Source: Eledone cirrhosa
Lineage: Eukaryota
Reading direction: 5' to 3'
Assembly (NCBI GenBank): GCA_964016885.1
Contig: OZ024747.1
Location: 18,414,001 to 18,478,000, forward strand
DNA: 64,000 nucleotides
Shown: positions 54,068 to 64,000 of the stretch, one piece after another
Layout: the number at the start of each line of letters is the position of its first letter
Position numbering within the stretch: the stretch's first letter is position 1
The notes under the pieces: model-generated
What the model was told of the DNA's origin: nothing
What the model saw: only the letters and a program-made list of their open reading frames with translations
Databases searched by the model: none
Position numbers and translations under genes: made by a program

Positions 54068-57021
54068 ACTGTCAATTAAATGTATACTACAATGATGGAG
54101 AGGGAAAAGAATGGCAAAGTTTTGACACAAAACGTTCGGCAGATGGATTGACAGATATCATCACTGATGAAAACAACAATGAAGTAGAGAGGATTAGAAG
54201 AACTCCAGATATAGTAGGTCCTTTGAGGGTCTATGGAAGATATGTAGCAGATGAAGTGATGATGGAAGAAACACGTAACGAAGAAGGTGTGACTCAAGGA
54301 GCTCTTCCTGAAGATGAAAAGATTGAAAGAACACCTGACGATGAAGTTGTTTCTGAAGACACAACATTTTATAAGATCTTACGGAGACATGCGCCAGATG
54401 ACAGCGTCTCTGGAATGCCGGTTGATGTAGAAATGCAGACTGAAGAAACACGTAACGAAGAAGATGTGACTCAAGGAGCTCTTCCTGAAGATGAAAAGAT
54501 TGAAAGAACACCTGACGATGACGTTGTTTCTGAAGACACAACATTTTATAAGATCGTACGGAGACATGCGCCAGATGACAGCATCTCTGGAATGCCGGTT
54601 GATGTAGAAATGCAGACGGAAGAAACACGTAACGAAGAAGATGTGACTCAAGGAGCTCTTCCTGAAGATGAAAAGATTGAAAGAACACCTGACGATGACG
54701 TTGTTTCTGAAGACACAACATTTTATAAGATCGTACGGAGACATGCGCCAGATGACAGCGTCTCTGGAATGCCGGTTGATGTAGAAATGCAGACGGAAGA
54801 AACACGTAACGAAGAAGATGTGACTCAAGGAGCTCTTCCTGAAGATGAAAAGATTGAAAGAACACCTGACGATGACGTTGTTTCTGAAGACACAACATTT
54901 TATAAGATCGTACGGAGACATGCGCCAGATGACAGCGTCTCTGGAATGCCGGTTGATGTAGAAATGCAGACGGAAGAAACACGTAACGAAGAAGATGTGA
55001 CTCAAGGAGCTCTTCCTGAAGATGAAAAGATTGAAAGAACACCTGACGATGACGTTGTTTCTGAAGACACAACATTTTATAAGATCGTACGGAGACATGC
55101 GCCAGATGACAGCGTCTCTGGAATGCCGGTTGATGTAAAAATGCAGACGGAAGAAACACGTGGCGAAGGTGTGACTGAAGCAGCTCTTCCTGAAGATGAA
55201 AGGATTTTAAGAACAGCTGACGATGAAGTTGTTTCTGAAGACACAATATGTTATAAGATCTTACGGAGACATGCGCCAGATGACAGCGTCTCTGGAATGC
55301 CGGTTGATGTAGAAGTGAAAACGGAAGAAACACGTGGCGAAGGTGTGACTGAAGCAGCTCTTCCTGAAGAAGAAAAGATTGAAACAACAGCTGACAATGA
55401 CGTTGTTTCTGAAGACACAACATGTTATAAGATCTTACGGAGACATGCGCCAGATGACAGCGTCTCTGGAATGCCGGTTGATGTAGAAGTGAAGACGGAA
55501 GAAACACGTGGCGAAGGTGTGACTGAAGCAGCTCTTCCTGAAGATGAAAAGATTGAAAGAACACCTGACGATGAAGTTGTTTCTGAAGACACGACATTTT
55601 ATAAGGTCTTACGGAGACATGTGCCAGATGACAGCATCTCTGGAATGCCGGTTGATGTAAAAGTGAAGACGGAAGAAACACGTGGCGAAGGTGTGACTGA
55701 AGCAGCTCTTCCTGAAGATGAAAAGATTTTAAGAACACCTGACGATGAAGTTGTTTCTGAAGACACAACATTTTATAAGATCTTACGGAGACATGCGCCA
55801 GATGACAGCGTCTCTGGAATGCCGGTTGATGTAAAAGTGAAGACGGAAGAAACACGTGGCGAAGGTGTGACTGAAGCAGCTCTTCCTGAAGATGAAAAGA
55901 TTTTAAGAACACCTGACGATGACGTTGTTTCTGAAGACACAAAATTTTATAAGATCTTACGGAGACATGCGCCAGATGACAGCGTCTCTGGAATGCCGGT
56001 TGATGTAGAACTGCAGACGGAAGAAACACGTAACGAAGAAGGTGTGACTCAAGGAGCTCTTCCTGAAGATGAAAAGATTTTAAGAACAGCTGACGATGAC
56101 GTTGTTTCTGAAGACACAAAATTTTATAAGATCTTACGGAGACATGCGCCAGATGACAGCGTCTCTGTAATGCCGGTTGATGTAGAACTGCAGACGGAAG
56201 AAACACGTAACGAAGAAGGTGTGACTCAAGGAGCTCTTCCTGAAGATGAAAAGATTTTAAGAACAGCTGACGATGACGTTGTTTCTGAAGACACAAAATT
56301 TTATAAGATCTTACGGAGACATGCGCCAGATGACAGCGTCTCTGTAATGCCGGTTGATGTAGAAATGCAGACGGAAGAAACACGTGGCGAAGGTGTGACT
56401 GAAGCAGCTCTTCCTGAAGATGAAAAGATTTTAAGAACACCTGACGATGAAGTTGTTTCTGAAGACACAAAATTTTATAAGATCTTACGGAGACATGCGC
56501 CAGATGACAGCGTCTCTGTAATGCCGGTTGATGTAGAAATGCAGACGGAAGAAACACGTGGCGAAGGTGTGACTGAAGCAGCTCTTCCTGAAGATGAAAA
56601 GATTGAAAGAACACCTGACGATGAAGTTGTTTCTGAAGACACAAAATTTTATAAGATCTTACGGAGACATGCGCCAGATGACAGCGTCTCTGTAATGCCG
56701 GTTGATGTAAAAATGCAGACGGAAGAAACACGTGGCGAAGGTGTGACTGAAGCAGCTCTTCCTGAAGATGAAAAGATTGAAAGAACACCTGACGATGAAG
56801 TTGTTTCTGAAGACACAACATTTTATAAGATCTTACGGAGACATGCGCCAGATGACAGCGTCTCTGGAATGCCGGTTGATGTAGAAATGCAGACGGAAGA
56901 AACACGTGGCGAAGGTGTGACTGAAGCAGCTCTTCCTGAAGATGAAAAGATTGAAAGAACACCTGACGATGAAGTTGTTTCTGAAGAGACAATATTTTAT
57001 AAGATCTTACGGAAACGTTAG
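54068..57021 (+). CDS. large terminal exon of a secreted acidic tandem-repeat (putative multi-peptide precursor) protein
   Basis: TTTACAG acceptor ending at 54067, phase 1 matching the signal exon. Uninterrupted ORF with about 16 units of 174/177 nt; indels are whole codons; ends ILRKR-stop; AATAAA at 57333. Confidence 0.8.
54265..57020 (+). repeat. coding tandem repeat, 174/177-bp unit
   Basis: Dibasic codon pairs start at 54382, 54559, 54736, 54913, 55090, 55264, 55438, 55612, 55786, 55960, 56137, 56314, 56488, 56662, 56836 (all RR) and 57010 (RK, terminal RKR). Confidence 0.97.
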
Positions 57022-57332
57022 GAAAATGACAGCGTCTCTTGAATTACCCGAAGGCCTTTTCGAAGAATGACTGAAGGTATAAGGAACACGTAATGAAGGC
57101 GTCACTAGCTTAAATGATTTTGAATACGAAGTTTAGAATGAAGGAACCCGTAGTGAAGAAGGAGTGACTGAATATGAGGGATGAAAACCTTTGGTAGAAT
57201 ATCCTACGTCATTTATATATAATATCCTAAGTAATTCTTCATGAAATGCCATACTATCAAAATGCCACTATAGAATCTCATTTTCGCCTAATATTTGTTT
57301 TGTTGTTGATTTTGTTGTTTTTTTAATGTCAA

Positions 57333-57338
57333 AATAAA
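57333..57338 (+). terminator. candidate polyadenylation signal of the repeat-precursor gene
   Basis: AATAAA about 310 nt after the stop codon, just before a SINE cluster begins. Confidence 0.45.
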
Positions 57339-57967
57339 TTCATATACAAAAATAATGTGCTCAAACGAACTTTCTAAACTTTATATTTAGTGATTTTTCT
57401 TATATGGACCTTTTAAGAATGAATAAGAAAGTTGACCTCAATGGTATTTAAACTCAGAGTAAATAAGACCCCCGAAAAATTCCCGTAAATCATTTTGTTC
57501 GATGCTCTAGCGATTCTGCCAATCCAACACCGTAGACTCCTTTAATAATTGTTTCTACCTTTTGGCACAAGGCCAGCAATTACCCAGTGCATTACTGGTA
57601 CTTTATTTTATCGACCCCGTAAGGATGAAAGGCAAAGTTAACCTCGGCGGGATTTGAACTCAGAATTATATGCGTCAAAGCATGGCGTCTGACCCTCTAC
57701 CGATACTGCCAATCCATATATTGGAGGACGCCGGCAGACAATTCTCCTCTTAGCTACATGAAAAAGGATAAAAACCTGGCGGTAGTTGCTAGCAACTCTG
57801 TAAAAAAAAAAGGGGGAAATAATTTCAAGAATTAAAACAATTTTGCAGAATATTATGAAACCTGGAAAGTGGCAAATTGGTAGAGTCGTTACAACTTCAG
57901 ATAGAACGCTTTGTATTCGTTCCAGCCCTCAGCGCTCTGAGTTCAAAACTTGACGAGTTCAACTATC

Positions 57968-58087
<120 letters not shown>

Positions 58088-58481
58088 GGATAACAAGTTA
58101 TCGTTATAGGTAATCCAGTTAGAGGTTGTGAGTACTCTGAGTCGTAGATAGTTTTAACGTACGGCTTTGTTTGACTCAACAAGATGCTTCCATAGTTATG
58201 CAGCGAGTTCGCGGTAATTTCTATGTAGGTTATACTTGGAGTAATAAGAGTTAAAGAATGAAGAGTAACATGGTTGGTTGTACAATAAGGGCTTTATTTA
58301 AAGTACTGACAACAATTGTTTCGTTGTTCAGGTGAATCTAGAGTTCGCTAATCGCTTGAGGTTGCGTCATTCGATCTTCAATACATTATTTTCCTCTGGT
58401 CAACACATCAGAGTACGTAGATATGTCACTACTTTAAATAAAGCCCTTATTGTACAGCCAACCATGTTACTCTTCATTCTT

Positions 58482-58532
<51 letters not shown>

Positions 58533-59241
58533 TAAAATAACAGATTAAAGTTTAAGCAAAGAATCGCTGCTTTCACCCTTAACGGGATCTTCTGAAACTA
58601 ACAAAGTCAATCTGTAAACGCAGAACTGGATATTTCAAAAAACGTTGCAACCGGAGGAAGACAGGAAGACGATACTTTGGTTCGTGGTAACGTTCGCTGG
58701 CAAAGAACGGGAAAAAACGAATAATACGTCATTAATAGGAGCGGTGAAAAACAATTACGCGCAATCGAGCCCTCTTTGGATTTCAGTCTTCAATTTTATT
58801 ATTATTACTATATATATATATATATATATTTGTAGTAAGGCTGCTTGGTTGTGCCCATAGGCGGTATGCCGGTTGAGCACTCTATGGTCTTTCAGAGCAG
58901 AGTATGATAATATGGAAAACGAAGAATCACGTGTTTCCACTGTCGGACAGACAGACAGAGAAATTGCTGGTTATATATTATAAGGAGATATGGAAAACGA
59001 AAAATTAGTGGTGCATCGGAACACAATTTATTATGTATTACAATTGTTTCTCCGGCGAACAGCTCGAGGTGCGATCTGTTTGTGGATCGAACCTGACTTT
59101 GGATTCGCAGGTTCCTCAGATACGTCTAGTGATTTCGAAGCAAATCCTCTTACCCTTTCAGAAAGAGGATTCGCCGGAGAAACAATTGTAATACGTAATA
59201 AATTTGTGTTCCGATGCACCACTAATTTTTCGTTTTCCATA

Positions 59242-61048
59242 TCTCCTTATAATATATAACCAGCAATTTCTCTGTCTGTCTGTCCGACAGTGGAAACACG
59301 TGCGCGCGTGCGAATGTTTTTTGCGCACGCGTAGAGAGAGAGAGAGAGTGAGAGTGAAAGAAAGAGACAGACTACGAAAGGGGGATAGCGGGAGGGAGAG
59401 AGGGAGGGAGAGAGAGAGAGAGTGAATAGACGCTAAAAGACGTGCGCGCGTGCGAATGTTTTTTGCGCACGCGTAGAGAGAGAGAGTGAGAGTGAAAGAA
59501 AGAGACAGACTACAAGAGGGGGATAGCGGGAGGGAGAGAGGGGGGAATTGAGGAGTGCTACAGAAACATATATACATTTCTGTGTGTGTGTAATATATAT
59601 ATATACACACACAGAAATATATATATATACACACAGAAATATATATGCATTTCTGTGTGTGTAATATATATATATATACACACAGAAATATATATACATT
59701 TCTGTGTGTGTAATATATATATATATATACACACACAGAAATATATATACATTTCTAGCAGAAAACCGCCCACCGGGTGGTTTTCTGCTAGTCTATATAC
59801 ATAAATGGCAATTTCTGTCTGTTTGTGTGTTTGTTTGTGAACCTAAAACTAAAAAACTACCAAACCGATCTTGATGAAACTTGACACGTGTGTGGGGCTC
59901 ATGTCCATTTGATTTCTTACGTACTTTGAAGTTTTGAAAAATCGATAATTTCCAGTCTGCATCGATTTAAAAAAAATGAATATGAAATTTGTATGCAAGT
60001 TCTCATATGAATGTTATTTTCTGCCATAACTTTTAAAGCTCTCAACAGATTTCCTTCAAACTTGAAACACAGATACATTATGCACTGAGGATGGCTTGTT
60101 GCTAAAGAAAATCATCCAGATCACTCGAGCAAAGCGTAAGCTGATATTCGATTAACTGATGAGCGAAATTTGGCTTCAGCTGTTGTGGACTTAAAATGTT
60201 CTCTATAAATCAACTTAATATTCTCTGCTTGCTGTAACATTTATTGTTTGGTCTGACAGGCATTGGGCATTTTAATGGGAACTGGGAATATCCCCGCTCC
60301 CGGGTATTACCGGGTACCTCAGCTAGTCTATATATATAAAACTGAGGATGTCTGTCTGTATGTGTGTGTGAGTTTGAATTCCTAAAACTCGAGAAGCACC
60401 CAACCGACTGTTTTCAAACTTTATACATGTAATACTTATGTTTTAGGGAGTGTTCTGAGCAAAAGATATTTCAAATTTTCAATGCCCTAGTGACCGCATT
60501 AGGCGATTTAGCGATCTCTCTCTATAATTCGTAGTCTTTCTCTTTTTAGATAGATACATACATATAATGTCGCGCCCTTATAATATCTGTCTGTATGTCT
60601 GACTGTCTGCACTACGTCACTTCCCACAATTCCATCTGCGTCCAGAACACGCCCTTATAATATCTGCCTTTATGTCTGTCTGTCTGCATTACGTCACTTC
60701 CCCGAGGATGTGTGTGTGTGTGTGTGTCTGGGAGTTTGAATCCCTAAAACTAGAGAAGTACCCAACCGAACTTTTTCAAACTTGACATGTGTATTACTTA
60801 TGTTTCAGGGAGTGTTATGCACATAAAACTTTTTGATCAACTTTTTGATCCCCTAGGGCCCGCATTAAGTGAAAAACTGCATTTTTCCTGCTTCATCAAG
60901 GAAAATCTTAAAGATTATCCAGCCATCAGAGTATTCGGTTTATTTTCTTTACATATTGTCCAGGCAAGCAGTTTTTCCACGATTAGGTCTATTGGCGGTC
61001 CGCGTTCCAAAATACCTTATCCCGTGCAACGCCGGGTACCACTGCTAG
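59242..61048 (+). mobile_element. head-to-tail chain of three non-autonomous Helitron-like elements (59242-59791, 59792-60326, 60327-61048)
   Basis: Each unit starts TC, has a TGTC/TGTT microsatellite near its 5' end, and ends with a GC-rich hairpin plus CTAG. The outer ends sit between A (59241) and T (61049). Confidence 0.7.
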
Positions 61049-61105
<57 letters not shown>

Positions 61106-61639
61106 CTGAGTTTTCGAATATTAATAATACTATTCGATTCGTTTGCAATTGTGCAAACAGCCTCTTTAAGACATATTAGTAGAATGACCCCGTCATTCCT
61201 GCTCTTGTGTTGGCATATAAACAGAACGGCTGACACTAATCTTTCTGGGTGATTATCCTTCATCAGTACCGGAAACTGCTTACCTGCCAACAGTCAGAAC
61301 TAGTGAAAAAATATATTTTCTGAAATATACAGAGACTGATATGGCTTAAAGAGGCTGTTTGCGTAATAACTTTATTAACATTAAAAAAAACTGAGATTAC
61401 ATTTATTGTATTCAACCATGTAGAGCGATAACACTATTTGTTAGCTATTTGAATATGGCAAAGCCGGCCATTAAACTGACTGGCCTATCTGCTGATATGC
61501 AAATCTGGCTGATCAATGGGTCTGCTAATATGCAGATCTGACTGATCACGCAGTCTGCTAATATGCAAATCAGGCCGATCAGTCACTGTATATTTCAGAA
61601 AATATATTTTCACTAGCTCTGACAGTTGGCAAGCAGTAT

Positions 61640-61686
61640 ACGGTACTGATGAAGGGTAATCACCCAGAAACATTAGTGTCTGCCGT
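61640..61686 (+). ncRNA. type I hammerhead-like motif within an inverted-repeat (Penelope pLTR-like) element
   Basis: Stem I ACGGTA/TGCCGT, CTGATGA (61646), stem II GGGT-AATC-ACCC, GAAA (61667), short stem III CATTAGTG, GUC ending at 61680. An inverted copy lies at about 61225-61272. Confidence 0.65.
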
Positions 61687-62144
61687 TCTGTTTATATGCC
61701 AACACAAGAGCAAGAATGACGGGGTCATTCTACTAATATGGCTTAAAGAGGCTGTTTGCACAATTGCAAACGAATCGAATATTATTATTAATATTCGAAA
61801 AACTCAGATTTCATTTATTAGATAAACTTTCTGTTTATCTAATTTCATTCACAAGGCTTATTTCGACTCGAGAAATGTCACTAGTCTCAAAATTACTAGT
61901 AAAAGAAAAGAAATGTAGTGTTATTTCTTGCCCTTCAGTTTTCATTCTTAATCCTGGCTTCATAAACAACAACAACGATTAGTAAACTTTAACTGTTTGA
62001 CCAACAGAACTACCAACTCCTTTAATTATACTAGCAGAAAAACCGCCCTCGGGCTAGCATATGTAGTGTGCAAGTTGGTAGTGTGCATATTGGTATTATA
62101 CGCAAATATATATATGTAAATTGAAAAGTAAATTGACAATATCT

Positions 62145-62790
62145 TCTTCTTAGCCCACTTATTTCTGAGAGGGTCGTGGAGGCAGAGTCCTTCTCAAACA
62201 CTCCTTCCAGCGAGTCTGTCAGAAGCAAACATCTCTAACTGATCCAGCTGGATCCCAAAGTGTGACCAGCCAAACTCATGGATGTTATCCAACTATCTTG
62301 CTCAGGGTCTACCTCTGGGTCTCTTGCCGGATGGTTTTGCCTGTAAAATGTGTCCAGCGATTCTTTACTGAGACATTCTAACCACATGATCATAATATCG
62401 GTGTTGTGATATCTCAATTCGGAGAAGTAGCAGCTCTACCATGAGTGACTCTCTGGTCTCTGAGCTATGCACTTTATCGAGTAACGTTTCTCCAAAGACC
62501 CTTCGGAGGAATCCCATTTCTGCCGCTTTTATTTGCAATTGTATTCTTTTGGTTATTACTCAAGATTCATGATCCTCGATAAGAGTTGGCAGGAATACCA
62601 GGAAGACAGCGAGTTTGGCTTTTACACCTACCCCCTTCTTCTGATTGCTGAATGCTAAGGCTGGCGCATTACTGCATCAGCTTTTGCAATTCTTGCACTT
62701 AATTCAGCCTCCTGCATTCCATCACTCATGAACACGGCTCCAAGATACTTGAACTTCTCTAACTGCTTCAGTAAAACTCCATTCACATGT
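62145..62790 (-). mobile_element. RTE-clade LINE 3' fragment
   Basis: Minus strand gives LKQLEKFKYLGAVF, RIQLQIKAAEMGFLRRV and a (GAA)n-like tail. Confidence 0.7.
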
Positions 62791-62999
62791 ATATAAATTT
62801 GAGGGACTTCTGTCCACCCGTCCATCACACAATGTGTATGTGTGTTTGTGTGAATGTATTTGTGTGTAAAAGGAAGGAAAGGGATACACTCATATATGTC
62901 TCTAACTTAAAAACAGTGACATACACTCACACATGTCTCTAAATTAAGAACACCGACAAACTCGCGCATGCACACATACACACTGTCCTATTACAACTC

Positions 63000-63700
63000 A
63001 AGAGCTTTGGTCCGGGCAAACATCCTCTCAATTTTGGAGCCGTCTGGGTTGTCCAGAATTGATGGGAAAAGACTTGATGGTCTTACTCTGTGCTCCTGGT
63101 CAAGAGGCAGGTGCCTTACCTGGGACGTCACAGTTAGTGACTCTTTTGCTTCTTCCCTCATCCTGGATGCAGCGGTAAGGGCGAGAGCTACATCATCCGC
63201 AGCTGAACGGAACAACAGCCTAAAATACTGTGTTCTGTCAACTAACTACATTATCCAGCCTGTGGCGTTCGAGACGTTTGGGAGAATCGGGCTACTGACA
63301 GCGAGATTCTTATCTTCACTGGCGGCTCGCCAAACAGCGGTAAGTGGTGATGCTCGTGAGGGCACTTGGTTATTCCAGCACCTCAGCCTCGCCATTACCC
63401 CAGGTAACGCTGCGAGCCTGCTGACTTGCCTAAAAAATTATTAGAGAGGTTTCCCAGTGCTCCTCGCTATATTGCTATCTTTTGCTCTGGTAGCGTCTCG
63501 TTTATCCATTCTTTCGCCTGCATATTGTTCTGTGTGGTCTAAGATGTGGGTATTACGTGCTTGTGTATTTTTTCTCTTTCCTTTTCCTTTGTATATATTA
63601 TATTTATTAGTGTTTTCGATCTGTAATCATTATATTAAATTTTTATAAAAATGAGTTTTAAAAAAAGAGTTAAACTGTGTTGTTAATAAATAAATAAAAA
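63000..63700 (+). mobile_element. CRE-like non-LTR retrotransposon 3' end (RLE domain and 3' UTR); partial duplicate at 63851-63990
   Basis: EPSGLSRIDGKRLDGLTL..W.RGRCLTWDVTVSD...PVAFETFG...WLFQHLSLAI..GNAASLL is a PD-(D/E)xK endonuclease; (AATA)n tail at about 63685-63700. Confidence 0.8.
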
Positions 63701-64000
63701 GCTGTACTTTTACCCTTCCATTTCCAATTCACCGAGCGCTATCATGGCTGTATGACTGTATGTGTGTGTTTGTGTAAATGTATATGTGTGAATGTGTGTT
63801 TGTGTGAATGTATATATGTGTTTGTGTGAAAGTATGTGTATTTGTGTGAATGGGACGTCACAGTTAGTGACTCTTTTGCTTCTTCCCACATCCTGGATGC
63901 AGCGGTTAGGGTGAGAGCTACAGCATCCGCAGCTGAACAGAACAAAATCCTAAAATACCGTGTTCTGTTAGCTAACTACATTATCCAGCCTATGTGATCT

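Noticed and set aside
54194-56992. 932-aa antisense ORF over the repeat exon
   Set aside because: A stop-free frame in one unit is propagated by a tandem repeat whose length is a multiple of 3. It has no start or splice context, whereas the plus frame has a signal exon and processing sites.
54265-57020. Repeat array as CRISPR or non-coding satellite
   Set aside because: There are no unique spacers or cas genes, the context is eukaryotic, and codon-preserving variation indicates coding sequence.

Overview
AT-rich, microsatellite- and transposon-dense animal genomic DNA. The SINE families and (TA)n/(CA)n content suggest a cephalopod (octopus-like), which is an inference. There are two host genes. 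(1) The last four coding exons of VTA1 (ESCRT/VPS4 cofactor, + strand, 1907-4826). (2) An unrecognised secreted, very acidic precursor-like gene: a signal-peptide exon at 47192-47252 splices in phase to a 2.95-kb exon at 54068-57021. Together they give about 1004 aa made of about 16 tandem 58/59-aa units, each ending in a dibasic RR site. The rest is mobile DNA: a young CR1-group LINE with an intact ORF2 (nested in an old RTE, with a GGGAAAC-stop ORF1/ORF2 junction suggesting -1 frameshifting); a full-length but frameshifted L1/Tx1 LINE with a 21-bp TSD in a (TAGA)n tract; RTE, R4-like and CRE-like fragments; many tRNA-derived SINEs; piggyBac and hAT MITEs; a tandem Helitron chain; and a family of hairpin-plus-tail elements. 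Several type I hammerhead-ribozyme motifs occur, including a retrozyme-like direct-repeat element at 30519-31184. Most short ORFs in the supplied track are microsatellite artefacts.
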